Assembly (NCBI GenBank): GCA_051362555.1
Contig: CM120649.1
Location: 496,001 to 560,000 of the forward strand
From: Lingula anatina
Taxonomy: Eukaryota > Animalia > Brachiopoda
DNA: 64,000 nt
Direction: 5' to 3'
The position numbers were made by a program, and so were the translations under genes. Below are positions 24,160-37,868 of the stretch, in pieces. How positions within the stretch are numbered: the first letter of the stretch is position 1; each line of letters starts with the position of its first letter. The notes beneath the pieces were generated by a model. It searched no databases, was not told where the DNA came from, and saw only the letters and a list, made by a program, of their open reading frames with translations.

Positions 24160-26097
24160 GATTTAGTCCGTATGCCAGAATCCCTTTAGTGATGCAAATT
24201 ACCTGAAAGTAATAAAAATCTCAGTAATTTGACCGCAGTTGATAGTGATTGTATGACTGCATTCGAGGATGCGCATGTTATTTTTGATTTAGAAAAAATT
24301 GTTATAATCGTGTTATAATTGATATATCTGAATGAGCACGTGTATTTCAAATCATCACTTTCTACGCAATACAAGCCCAACCACAAGACGGGCCAATTCC
24401 CAAGTATTGCAAAGGCCTAAAACGGTTTCGTGTTGTATTATTTCCTTTCTTTAGTGTATAATGTGATGTGATGTTTCTATGATGCGCAAAGCTTTCTCCT
24501 GGCGCACATAACGGCAGTTGGGTTAAAAACTCGGATAAGGACCATCAACATTCCTGCCCTCGCTAGCCAAAGATGTAGTAACAGTCTATGTTCTAATTAC
24601 ATTTCTTTCTATTTAATTAAGTCAGCACGAAGACGAAATGATGCGCTTAACTCCTGTTTCCAGGGTCCAGACAATCTAAAATAAAGAAAAAAAGTTGTAT
24701 AACATAGTATAATATACCCTTGGCACGCCTTGTAAATTGACACACACGTTGTATTATTACAAAGATTCCCAACAAACACTTTTTAACAACATCAGTTTCA
24801 AGCACAGGAAGCAAGGGGAGGTCACCCACTCCAGTCTTATTTTATTTCCCCACTTAAAAGGATTTCAACCGTTTGTATGATATCCATATTTCACAATAAA
24901 TACATTCTAAACAACTTATATAACTATAATAACTTTATTTTACCACCAAAACGGCGGTTAACGTAATTATTCTGGAATTTGTGCTTGCCATCAGATCACG
25001 TGACCTCCATAAGATGCCTACACTCTGTAGTAATCTCTTATAAGAATATTACAGAAAACCTTACTTGGGTTCCAAAAATCTTTGAGTTACCAAGAAGAGA
25101 ACCGTTTTTCGCAAATTGCTTAGAAAACTGAGTCGTTTGCAATTAAATAATCAATTATTGCCTAATGAACACTGCTTGAAACAGTCATCTGATTTATATA
25201 GATCGGTTGGCAGGTGTTTTTTTAAAAATAACTTGTTACTCAAACAATTATTATCTATATCCGAGGTCGTCGGAGGTTTTTTTTATTTAATAATATTCGA
25301 TCAATGTTAACACTCATTTTAACTTATTAGAACCGTATTTCAAATAGCAAAAAAATGCTTCTTTTGCGGCGAAGTGTTTTTGTCATACTCCATGCAAACA
25401 AATCAATCGACCGATAAAAAATTTTCAGAGAAAATCAGTGTGGCTTATATGAAGATATTAATTCTATTTATTCGATGTGCTTCTTCCATGCAAATTTCAA
25501 CAGAGCATTTAATCTGAAAGAATGACTATGGCATTTTTTTCACCAACAACAGCTTGCCTTTCTTACTAATTAGAATTCTAAGAAGCAACTATTTCTTTAA
25601 AATAAAAGTAAAACTAAACTTACTGTGTTTAACCCCTCCTCCCCAAGACCAAGTATGTATTTAAAGCGTCATATCTGCAGATTCCAGAGAGAAGGCTTAA
25701 AGATAGAGAGAAATCGAGCTGATTCATGCTTTCACCATGAAAACGTATTTAAATTGTTGGTGACGTGACCTCAGCGCGTTGACGAAGCCACGGATATGAA
25801 CTGTCTACCATCCGCGTTTGAAAATGGCCCAAATTCATACCGCCTGTGGCTTCATATTGTGCAATACTCATATTAAAACCATAAAAAAGTACCTGGTGTC
25901 CTTATTTGGCTCTGAAATATACAGGAAGGCACAATACATTCAACCCACGTACAGGGACGATTTCTTTTTTTTTTTCTTTTTTTTAAAGATTTTTTTCGAG
26001 AAAATCCAAGATATACAAAGGATACTTTTCAGGCTGTTGAAGAGGTCATAAAGTTGAAAATTGACTTAGTTATAGACTGTAACTCAATTACAATATA

Positions 26098-26390
26098 CAG
26101 GGGCCGATCCAGGCTTATTTGAAGGGGGGGGGGTCCGATTGCTAAGGAATGACAGGACTCGACTACGAAGCCGACCCTCGACCCCCTTGCGGTGGGGTTC
26201 CAGGCCTACTGAATGACCCCAAAATATATTGGTGTTTTTTTTTGTTTTTTTTTTTTTTTTTTTGGGGGGGGGGGGGGCAAACGGTCCTTTTGGAACGGAT
26301 AAGTACTATAAATAAGCTAGTCAAAATTTTAATTTCAAGTGGAGAACATCAGTGTGATTTTTTACGGAAACCGCAGGAAGGCGGGGGTGA
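26098..26390 (+). mobile_element. hAT-like MITE family D, 3'-truncated
   Basis: CAGGGGCCGATCCAGG start; shares CTAGTCAAAATTTTAATTTCAAG with the other copies. Confidence 0.7.
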
Positions 26391-27333
26391 AAGCATTAAA
26401 CCTTGAACGCAATCCGAAGATCCCATGAATCAAACCCTCAGACATAAATGCAGTGTAGCGTAGAGAATAGCCAAGCAGGAAAGATGACTAGTCATAGTTT
26501 TATCAGTGTTAAACTTTGCATTCACTTGTAATATAAAATTCCTCCGACTTCGACCGAGACACTCTCCTTGTCTGCCGTCATTTATGAGATTAAAAATATC
26601 ATGGGGTATACGGCTTGGCCGTTCGTACGGAGGTGTTAATGGATATGTACACAAAATTATTCAGAGTAATATACATGAATATCCAGAGAAAAAATGAATA
26701 GGGGTATGATGCATATACGGGTGTCTGTTCACAAAAGCATACATGTGTACTCGCATTAATTAGCGTGAATCAGGTCTATCAACTGTGAGTATAATACATA
26801 TAAATATACATAACTGGACGCATAAAACTTATACTATATTTTCCTTAACAGGAAAACTACTTGTTGTGAATACTACATATTAATTATCTCCTGAACTTAA
26901 GTAAAGCTTAAGCTCGAAATAGGATATAACGTTTTAAAACTTACTTTACCTAAATGCGACTCGAAGATTCCATGAAGTAAACTGTTACACTTGACTGTAG
27001 AGTCACGTGGAGAAAAGTCAAATACACAGTATGACCAAGCATCGTTTAATTCGTGGCACACACGGTATTAACATGATATGTGGCATACAACCCTCCTCCC
27101 GCATGCATAACTCTCCGTTAAGCCATAAACATTCAGCTCGTTTATATTCAGTTTAATGGCTTTTTGTCACGTGTATTAAAAAAAACTTGGCGGTACATAT
27201 GGGATTGTTAATTGCTTTAAAGCGTAAGAGCTTTAGTTCTTGTTAGTCAGAGGTACACGAGGAAGCCGCTAGGTCCTTTGAGCTATATCAAGGCTGTCAC
27301 TCCTCATCATAACGGCATATTTGCCACACATCC

Positions 27334-27523
27334 CAGGGGCGGAACCAGGATTATTTGAAGGGGGGGGGGGGGGGGGGGGTAGGTCCGCGGATGCAAAGCC
27401 GACACTCACTCCTGCTAGTTGAAATTAATTTCAAGAGAAGACCATTGTTGATTTTTTTCAGAAATCGAAGGGGGGGGGGGGGGGGGGGGAGGACCCCCCT
27501 GACCCCCCCTTAAGCCGCCAGTG
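27334..27523 (+). mobile_element. hAT-like MITE family D
   Basis: CAGGGGCGGA...CCGCCAGTG with flanks CATCC/CATTC. Confidence 0.78.
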
Positions 27524-28699
27524 CATTCCCAATGGGAGAGGTCGTAAACGACCTCATTCATCATTAATCAAATACATATATTTTTGGTAGATACACAACA
27601 AAAACTTTTTAGGTAAACCAATAAATATCCTTATACACATAGCCCAAGAGCTCAAATACTATTTGATGTGAGAAAATGAATTGGCTAAAAGAAGTAATGT
27701 GTACTTTTTTCAAATCAAACATTTTATTTTTTACCAGACTTCGTTTATATAAGACACTCTTAATTGATCAAAACAGAAACATTCCGGAATTTTTTTTTAT
27801 TAAATGAATAAACAAACAAATACGAAGCAGGAAGAGGAGAGGAGATACCACGTGATGGCACTTAACCTAGTTGTCCCTCCCAAAATTTGAATTTTCTTAA
27901 TCTTTTAAAAATTTTACACTAAAATATAAAAAACAGGTGCAAACAAAAGCTGTTGCATTAAGTGGATAAGTCGTACGTAACTTAAAAATATCTGTGGCAC
28001 TGATATAGTATTATAACAGACGTACGTGTTCAGTTAAGTCAGTCTCAGAATATATTGACCCGCTTTTTTCTTGATGTAACATAGAATGCCTTAAGGTGCA
28101 CCATTAATATGCAAACTAGTGTTCACGTTGAACTCCACAAACTGGTCTCTGCCCTTTACAAGGGTCATAGATTGTGTTTTCACTCAAAATTCACAGATAT
28201 GCATCCGGCTAACGACGTGCACATTTCTCTTGTGTCCAGGGAGGATTTTTGTGTGGAATAAATGTCATCACTCACCGAGACTCATGCATAAGGAAGTCAC
28301 TAAGGGGGAGGGTAGCGGTGGCAGGCTTTTTGCCTGACAGACAGTCATTAAGACGCCATCATATTCATGTAAAATCTATCGACGCTGTTGCTCTCTGTTG
28401 CCGAATAGCTGAGGTTGAAACTTTTGAAGGGGGGGAGGGTTACGAGACTTTGTCTCGGGACATTAATACTCTTTGGTATACCCTTTGATATGCGTTCACA
28501 TTTTTAGGTTCAAATATTGTTAACTCGATGTGACATAAAAGCAAGCCGATCTGCTGATACAGTCAAATCTTGTGTACCGGCCCAAAAATTAGATAAAAGA
28601 GACGAATGCGATAGAAACTTAAGAACACACGTGGTGCCATGAAAATGTATGTGTTGCTTAGAGCACCTCCATTCTGCCTCCAACCCTCCTCATCCCACG

Positions 28700-29140
28700 T
28701 CATTCCTTCCTCCCCATCGTCAACCCCCCATTCCACCCCAATCCACCCCATTTTGCCCCATCCCACCCTAATCTACCCTATCCACCCCATTCTGCCCCGT
28801 TTTGCCCCATTCCACCCTCACCCCCCATTCCACCCATTTTGGCCCATTCCACCCTCACCCCCCATTCCACCCCATTTTGCCCCATTCAACCCTCATCCCC
28901 CCATTCTGCCCCATTCCACCCTAATCTACCCTATCCATCCCATTCTGCCCCGTTTTGCCCCATTCCACCCTCACCCCCCATTCCACCCATTTTGCCCCAT
29001 TCCACCCTCACCCCCCATTCCACCCCATTTTGCCCCATTCAACCCTCATCCCCCCATTCTGCCCCATTTTGCCCCATTCCACCCTCACCCCCCATTCCAC
29101 CCCATTCCCCCCCATTCTACTCTAATACCCCCAATCCTCC
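28700..29140. repeat. C-rich minisatellite of CCCCATT-based units with a ~153-bp higher-order period
   Basis: CTAATCTACCCTATCCA recurs at 28768 and 28921. Confidence 0.9.
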
Positions 29141-30262
29141 CCAATCCCCTTTCAACGCATACCAGTAGCTTCCTAAATGATTTTTGCCGGTCGAGCGAAG
29201 GAATCATTGATTTTTATCACTGCTTAGTTTCTAAATCACCCCGTGTTTTGAAAGATGTTCAGCAGTATTTTAGTGATTACAACCAATGCTATTTAAGTGA
29301 ATTAATAGAGTTCGAGCGACGTAAGGCACAGTTATCATTATGACTACTTAGTAGCATTTATTCATATAATAATGCTTTCAGCTTTACAGTAACTTTGATT
29401 GTTTTTGGCAGTAAGTCTTATAAAATAATCAATGAAAAGCATTTTAAACACAAAAATGACAAAACGTATAAATGAAATATAAACCATGAGTCACTGTACA
29501 ACGATACAAAAAACTTTAAATTTGTGATGAAAGTCTAACAAAAAATACCTGTGATCATTTTATGTTAGAGGATAACAAAATGAAAAAAAAAAATTGACGT
29601 TTCTCTTTGAATTTAACTGGAAAAAAATTACAAAAACAAAAACATAAAAAACTAATTACTACTTTCCAATATTTACAAGAATAATTCGTCTGATGTATCA
29701 GATATGTCCTTCTCTGTCATGGGCTATGATGGGGGGGGGGGGCAAAAAATCTTATAAAACAAATGGGGTCCAGGGAAAATATTTTCTCTCTTTGCTACAT
29801 GAAAGTCTTATGCTACTTGTATGCCTTAAAGTACATCGACATAACAATTCCAATTTCCTCATAAGTAGACAGACCCTTAATACTCTTCTATGGCTCGAAA
29901 TCAGCCAGTAAGTACTGATTCACAACACTCGAATGTCACTAAAATGTATTGCAATTAACTCGCACTAAGGTCTAAAAATCTGCTCATTCATAAAGTTGAC
30001 AAGAGATAAAATATGTTTGCATTGTTCTAATACATTGCCTGGACGTTAGTCCGGACGTAATAGATCTCTCAGCGGGCGTGGCCTGGACTTGGAAAATGTC
30101 AGAAAAAAATTAAATCTATGACCGATAGACCTGATGGCTGCCCCACAGGTAGAAACTACAGTTTAAGTACGTTAAATCACATCCCTTTCACCGCCAGGTC
30201 ACATCTGAGACACTTTTTCACTATTTCTTCACACAGAATCCCAGTCGAGTTTCAGAGAATTC

Positions 30263-30433
30263 AAAACCATTCCCAGACCCAATCGTACTAACTGTGGATC
30301 GACCTATCTCCAAGGGGATTCTCACTAAATTGCAATCAGACATCTCAGCCGCTTAAGCTAACAGCAATTTAGCAAGAAGTCTCTCGGAAATGGATCGATC
30401 ATGTTAGATTGATCTAGGTATAGGAACCCAGTC
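30263..30433. mobile_element. MITE family A, internally deleted copy
   Basis: Both arms present (ACCATTCCCAGACCC...GATCTAGGTATAGGAACCCAGTC); centre missing. Confidence 0.75.
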
Positions 30434-30888
30434 TATGCTGGCAAGATTGCCCATTCTAAAATTCGCACACATGTCTGTTTGCCAATAAGCTGCGAATCAT
30501 ACAACGAACATGTTGAATTTATGTCTGTTTTTGAAAATGAAGAATCTGTCAAGCATCGCACCTAGGGATAGAAATAAAGAAATCTTACTACCAGAAACCT
30601 AATGAACAGAAAAGAGTTTAATACTTCTGGTGTCAAGATAATCACCTAAGTCATGTCGGATTGCGTATGGCACAACCGTTTTGAAGGGCAAACATGATAA
30701 GATTTCAAAGAAACACATTATTATATCTGTTGCTGTCTCAGTTGAGCAATCTAAAATGATAATAACTGATAAAAAGCTGGAAAGACATGGACTAAAATTT
30801 GCTACATTGTAAACATCTCCCGCATCTAAATGTACCTAGACATCGTAACAGTAAAAACATTGTGCTAAAATTACCACAGAGTGTTCAT

Positions 30889-32038
30889 TTATCTCGGTAA
30901 CTGCTCTTTACAATAGCAATAGGCTCGTAAGTGTGGTAGTTTTCCAGCGACGCAGTGGGGCTGGTTTCCATACTTATTCAGTCTGCTTATCTCCTTGTCA
31001 TATACAGTGAAATTGCCGCTCTGAACTGTGTGATGAACAGTCGCCTCGAAATGTCCGTTCCCTGGCTTGGTAGATAAATTAATTTGGTACAATATCTCGT
31101 ATGTCGCCATATTATCTGATAAATCTGGCAGGCGTCCGTCATTATCAGCGCTCTGCTTGAACTTCAAGACCGCTTCATTTGGCCCGCTATAACGAACAAT
31201 TTGAGATACGTTTCCCAACTCAAGTTCATGACAGAGGTGACTCTGTGTTTCTATTATGGAGTTTAATTTTTCGATTACAGCACTTATGGCTTTTTTCACA
31301 TTTTCATCTACTTTGTCAACCTTTTCCCAATTCAAGCACGTGCACCAGTGAGCTTCAATTTGGGCATGCGCACAGGTTCTACTTTTAGGAATTTCTTTGA
31401 AGAGACTAACGCCTCTCCGTCGTATATCTGCAACTCCAGTGCCAGTGTGATTTATCATATCTATGAATGTCTCGTGAATATCAAAGGGGGTGGTAAGGAT
31501 TTTGGAGTTTTTCTTCACATTGGCGTAGGCTTTTGGGTACTTTTCAATGAAACTCTTTGGAAAGCGGAACGAGAAAAATGGCATGCGTTCTTCTAACTTT
31601 CCCTGAACTGAGTCTCTTATGAAAGTAAATCGCGCGCCATGATCTGCCATCAAAATCAAGATAGTATCATCTAAATACCTGCCTTTTTCTAACCATTGCA
31701 AGAATTCCAACAAGTCATCGTCTGCTACTTGTAGTTGTGACGTATGTCCGTGGCTGTACTTGGAATGGAATAAATATGAAAACTTTGGTTTATCTTTATA
31801 CATTAGAAACATGTCTCTTCCCCAATTCATCATATTCTTATGAGTAGGGATAGCACCAAAGCAATTAGATTTTTCGTAATTATTTTCTCCTTCTAAAAAA
31901 AATGGTCGTAAATTGTGATCGGTTGGCGTTTCTTTAAATCCCAGCATCCTATATTGGAATGTACCGGCGCCGGACATATCTTCTCCCCACTGAGTGACAT
32001 AACCGAGTTTCTTGAATTCATTCCAAATCCAAGGAAAC
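30889..32038 (-). CDS. DUF229/ALP-like protein, paralog 4, coding exon 2
   Basis: Acceptor TTTTTTAACAG|G. Open frame to YCYCKEQLPR* with ADHG motif. Confidence 0.93.
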
Positions 32039-32098
32039 CTGTTAAAAAAAGAACAAAAATGTATTAACAAAGGTAGATTCATCGTGAACGCAGTCTTA

Positions 32099-32323
32099 GA
32101 CCCCATTTCCATAGATTTTAGATCGATCTATCCCTGTGGGGAGTCTCACTAGATTACTGTCAGCTTAGCCGCCTTAAGCGTCTGTCCCGCCTACTAAAAG
32201 CCGTAAGGGGGTAATTAACTATGGTGCCCGCTCGGCTGACTGCAATTTAGCGTGAACCCCCAGGGAGTTAGGTCGATCTAAATCTTAATCTCTGGATCGA
32301 TCTAAATCTCTGGGAATGCACCC
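32099..32323. mobile_element. MITE family A copy in paralog 4 intron
   Basis: Closely similar to 3315-3539; flanked by a TTA/TTA direct repeat. Confidence 0.88.
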
Positions 32324-32436
32324 TTAAATAGGACACGAACGAGGTACAGTAATATGAAGGATGAGAGGCATTGGTGGAGGCTACGTAGGAAACACATGTT
32401 TTATGTAAGGAGAGAGAGAGAGAGAGAGAGACTTAC

Positions 32437-33269
32437 CCATCAACTTGTTTAGCATTCGGCTTTCCTCGTCTAGCCTCGGGTAGTTCCGGTTCTGTAAACC
32501 CAGTCAGAATTGGCAAAAGAGCTTGCGGTGTTCCGTCCCCAACTATATTATATCCTTCCAAGACGATGCCACCTAATTCTTTGGTGAAATAATCGTAACT
32601 TTTCTTTAAATTCCTAATCCATGTCATTCTTGATACTGAGTCAAATCCGAACATAAGAACATTAAATCCCATGGATGAGTTTGATAGCATTGATGGCTTA
32701 TATCTTGCATGAAGATCAGGCTGATACGAGATGCCGGAGAGAATAGTTTCAAACTTTTTCCCATTAGGGGAAAGACATTGTACAATGGCAAAGTCAGTCT
32801 TTAAAGGGTCTCCATCTTTAAAACGCACACGCGGGCCTTTTTGAACCTCAAAGTCAGTTTTCCCTCGAGTTACAGTTCTATAAAAACATCCTATGTCTCC
32901 GTAATTCTTTGACGCTGATTTTGAAATGCGAAATGTGCCGTTTTCTGTATACACCCAATTTTCGCCAATCCCACATTTCACGGGTGCCACTTTCTTAAAG
33001 TAGGCCATCATCTTGGGGTTATACGGGTCTAATACTGGATACATGCATGCCTGGGCATCGGTTTGATTAGGACCTTGGCCTGAACTCTTCAACCATTGCC
33101 ATGAATAGTTTGACAGAGATAAAACATACTTTCTAGCATGCTTATGCCGTAAATGAAATATGTTCAAGTAGATACAAATTATCGCAGTTACTATAAATAA
33201 CATAAGAACTTGATGCTTCAGGAATGGTCTGCATGCTCGAGAGAGTGTGTAGAGAGAGAGACACCTCAT
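32437..33269 (-). CDS. DUF229/ALP-like protein, paralog 4, coding exon 1 (join complement 32437..33269,30889..32038; ~660 aa)
   Basis: ATG in strong Kozak-like context CCACCATGA, membrane anchor, conserved motifs, donor GG|GTAAGT. Most diverged exon 1 of the four. Confidence 0.92.
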
Positions 33270-36200
33270 GGTGGAAATTGATGTGAATCACCTGCAAGGT
33301 CCACTTAGTATAAAAATCCCAGCGATTTAACAGAAGTTGATTGATACTTTTTGATTGCATACGTTAAAACTACACGCGATTTTTCATTTAGATACAATTT
33401 GCTCAAAGTATGAGTTTACACGTGCATTTCAAAATTAGCACTTCCTCTGCAAGACAAGCCCGACCACAAGATACAGCAAAGATTTGAAAAAGCGTCAAGG
33501 TCGTTTTATAATTTGACACGGATGATCAAATCTTTTAGCACCGATTGTTTTGTACAAAATGGAAGAACAAAACTAAACGTGTGAGTATGGCATCCAGAGT
33601 TACAAGCACCAAGTGAAAGACTGTGACTTTCAATTAATAAGAGATAGAAAAAATGTTGATGACAGTTAATTATATCCTCCAAGAATTCGAATCGATCAAA
33701 GGCAATTGTAACTACAGTAGCAATCAGCTGCTAGTACCAGTTAAAGTGAATATGCATCAAGGCTGCAAATGATAGTATGGAAATATACGTAAAATGTTTT
33801 TTTTTCTGTTGTCTCCAGTAATTGTACACTTGTCACGACGCTGCTGTCTGTTAATACTAAAGTGACAATAAAATTCCCGGGTGAAGAATGTCGTTTTGTA
33901 TTCGTAAACGCTGCACTTTACGCTATTTGATCTCCTTCAGGTAGTGACTCAACCAGCACTCAGATTAAGTCACACACAAATTAAATGGTGTGTATGCTAT
34001 AGGTCTCCTGTCTCGTGCTCAACATGCTGTCACACCAACAATCTCTTTTTTAATAGACAAGAAAAGTAGCTCTGTTTAGCCGCCTGTAGTCAGTACTCTC
34101 TCTTATATCTCCCTGATGTTCAAGGTATTCTCTTAATTGGCACACAATCGAGTATGGCGTCTGGGTTTAGCACTGGGATAAGGACAAACAATATCCCATT
34201 TCTCACAAACCGAAGACGCAGTTGGAGTAAGAAATGCTGTTATTGTCCCCCTTCATATTATGGTCTGCAAGGAGGTCGACTGCTGCACTCATCTCCTAGC
34301 CCAGGAGATCTGAAAGAAATAAAAAAGCTTTAAGTTATATAACAGCCTTTGTCATGCCATAAATGACACCATTGCCTTTAACGCAATGATCGAGAGATTG
34401 CAATTACCCCTCCTCTTAGATATTTTAAATATAACATCAGTCATCAACTCTGAAAGCGGAGGGGGGGGGGGGCGAGGATGGGGTTGGGTTTGATCACCCC
34501 TCATTCCGCCGCAGAGCATTTATTGAATGGCTTGTCGCCCTCACTTATAAGTAGCTTCCTACGAGCCAGTCGCTTCTTAACCACCTTTATCCTAAAAAAT
34601 ACCAAAATGTCATTTATTACAGCGAAGCCATCTTTCGTGTTCGACTGTTTAAAAAAAAGCACTCTTCTTTGTCTCTGGATAACCTAGCACAGAATCATTA
34701 ATCATATTGGTGAGATAATTAGGCCAGAGCTGTAAATGGGGTATAATACTGTATATTGTACGACACATGTCCTCAGGGAACAAACTCAACACTGATAAAA
34801 CGGGTACCAATAGGTAGTACGCTGTTTCTTCACAACTTAATTCCTTTATTATTGATTTGATTTATGGGTAATCATAATGGCTATAAGAACAGGACCAATG
34901 TGGAACGCATTTTAATCTACCTTAAGCGGCCAACGATGTCTGCCTTGGAGCCTAGGAGGGATAAGCATGGGAGGCCATAAGGGTACATCAGACAAAAATT
35001 ATTTATATAATATCTCGCCCTCAGTGATATCAGACACGAATGGAGAGCAATATTGTTACAGGTGAATTAAACGATGCAGTCATTTTACATTCATTTGCAG
35101 ATGTCGTGTTTTTCTGTCTTAAAGACTAAAAAAACTTATTCATAAGGCATTATCATAACGCACACGTATTAAATTTCCATAATGGTATCTCCTTCTTACA
35201 TGCCCAAGTTGTGTAAATGGAACCATAAAAGACGGCTGTGTCGTGACAGAAATAATAAACGGGACTGTTCCTAGTGTTAAGTGTAGCGCACATCAATAAT
35301 ATAGCCTTAAATGTCATTAAGCTAGGTGTCACCCCTATGTTCCACAGGGAACAGGAGACCATTAGCTATGTTCATTCTTCTACCACAGGGCATTGGGAGC
35401 ATTCAAACCCTCTCATACTAAGCACAGGTCGTTCCAGTTCTAATTTACGCGAGGAAATTCTTACGTGGGATTGATTGCTTGTGTTTTAATTGAAACCTAA
35501 TGCATCAATTTTCATGCTGGTCCTGGAAGGGTGGGGGGGTTCAGCTTCGCCAGAAATAAAATTAAGACTTTTTTGCATTTTAAACGAGTAAGATGGGCAT
35601 ATTGATAGGCCTACCGGTACGCCAGCATTGTTCCACCACCCAGGTCATTAAAATAACTTATTTTTTCGCCGGTGCTTTAGTTTTTTGGAGGGTGCCCCCC
35701 TCTCTCATTCTCTCTCTCTTTCTCTCATACGTGTTGTTCTCTCTTGGACACAGCATGAAGGCGCTAGTTAAAGTGATACACTTCAGATTCACCCTGTAAA
35801 ACAAGGTCACCTGTTTGTTCCTTGGGCTACGATTAATAAAACACAAACTGGAAATAATCAATGGTGCGACGTGTCTATCATATTACGCGTCACCCTCTGA
35901 GACTTTCATCCTCTGGGAGACCAAAACATCTGTGTCATAATATTATGAATAACACATTACCGATTGCGGTTCTTAAACTGCTGCTGTCGCGTCAAACTAT
36001 ATTGAAAGTAATCTAGGCTGTTTTCTCTGTGCTTCAAGTGAAAAAGAGACAATCACAAAGAAGCTATACATGTACAAGTGCAACAATTTATACTGTAGTG
36101 TTGCATCATTCACACTGTTGCGTGTTTCTCATTGTGAAGCTGTTGGAACTATGTATTATTGTCATTGTTATTTTCTCAATATCCTTTCACTAAACAGGTC

Positions 36201-37101
36201 TGGTGTTGGAGTAAGAATAAAAGAAGATATCTATTGACACGATCCGAGTCTTCTTTTTAATGCTCCAATGTTTTCATCCCTAGTAACTGCCTCGCAAAAA
36301 CAGCAGCCAGTAACATAACATGCTGAGTAACATAACACCATATTACACCACATGTATTACGTCAAGTCTAATCCTTGATCATCTAAACAGTTCATACCGG
36401 GAGAATCGATATAAACAGCTTGGAATAAACCTCATCTTACAAATGCAGCTTCGTTTCTCTAAAATGTGCATTTATTGCGTACTAAACATCTTTTCGTCAT
36501 CACGAACACTGCTGCCGGCGTTCATCCACGAATGCAGACAAGCTTTCATTAGATTCAACCTACTTGTGCTTATTTCCCGTCCTGTTCCCATTACTAAGAA
36601 AAACACCAAGCCACGCTGGGTCGTAATTTTAATCTTTTTCCTAATCTTCTAACATTTTGCAAATCGCCTGCACTAGCCCCCGTGTGTTCTATAAGATCCA
36701 CACCCAAATCTTGTTTTCACTACAAGTACGAACCCCTTAACACTCTTCAATACACTTTAACTAAGGTCCAAGGAAGATGAAGATCTTTATGACTGTTATA
36801 TATTATAAAAAGAAAGACTTATTTCCTTGACAAGAGTGTTTGTCGCAAATATTAATAAAGGTTCATTTCCTCAAACAGACACAATCAATTGTCATATATA
36901 TTAAAATGTTTTATCTGCTCTACCATGTACATGTAATGGATACAGCCAGTGGTGTGATAGTATGAAAAGTAACGACCAGAAAACTTCTGGTATCATCGGA
37001 ACCAATCAGTAATAACCAGCCTGTTGGTTATGCAGGTTCTTTTGTCGTTCACCAATAAGTCAACTGAGACAGTCAGATATCGTTTTCTTCTACATATTCT
37101 A

Positions 37102-37316
37102 GACCCCATTTCCAGAGATTAGATCGATCTACTTTAGATCGACCTAACTCCCTGGGGGTTCACGCTAAATACCTGTCAGCCGAGCGGGCACGAAAGTTAA
37201 TTACCCCCTTACAGCTTGTAGTAGGCGGGACGGACATTTAAGCCGGATTATCTGACAGTAATCTAGTGAGACTCCCCGCGGGGATAGATCGATCTAAAAG
37301 CTCTGGGAATACAGCC
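37102..37316. mobile_element. MITE family A copy (opposite orientation to 3315-3539)
   Basis: Internal sequence is the reverse complement of the 3315 and 32099 copies. Confidence 0.85.
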
Positions 37317-37831
37317 TATGTCTATCTCTCTGTGGCTATGTCGCCTCTTTTATGTTTGACCTTAATTTGCATTTTAAATGAACTTCAATAACTGACATGC
37401 AACCTGCCATGTTTATATACACCCGAATAAATTTAAACATAATTGCACATGCATTCACATCTGCCACCAATAGCAGATTGCATTTTAACTTTTTTGGGTG
37501 AAATGCAGCTTGTGACAAAAGCACAAGAATATATTTAAATGCTTAATTGTAGAAACATTTTAGATTAAACTAATATGAAAATCACATTTTAATGTTTTTA
37601 AAAACAATAACTACTAATAATGGCTCACTACAAATCGGATCATTAAACATTAAATGTAATGTATGTAAAAATGCTCTCTTTTCACCTATTGAACGCTTTC
37701 CGGATCTTTCAGAAATAATTGTACGCAAAACCAAGTCACGAGCAGAAAGAAACTCAGTCATTTGTAATATTATATCTGCGTGTCAATAATAAGCAAGGAA
37801 GAATGTCTGCCCTTGTCTGTTGTCCATCCCC

Positions 37832-37868
<37 letters not shown>

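Noticed and set aside
32039-32112. N-terminal part of the 407-aa ORF (MEMGSKTAF...)
   Set aside because: Intronic read-through starting inside a MITE; the exon begins at the acceptor at 32038. The same applies to 8860-8894.
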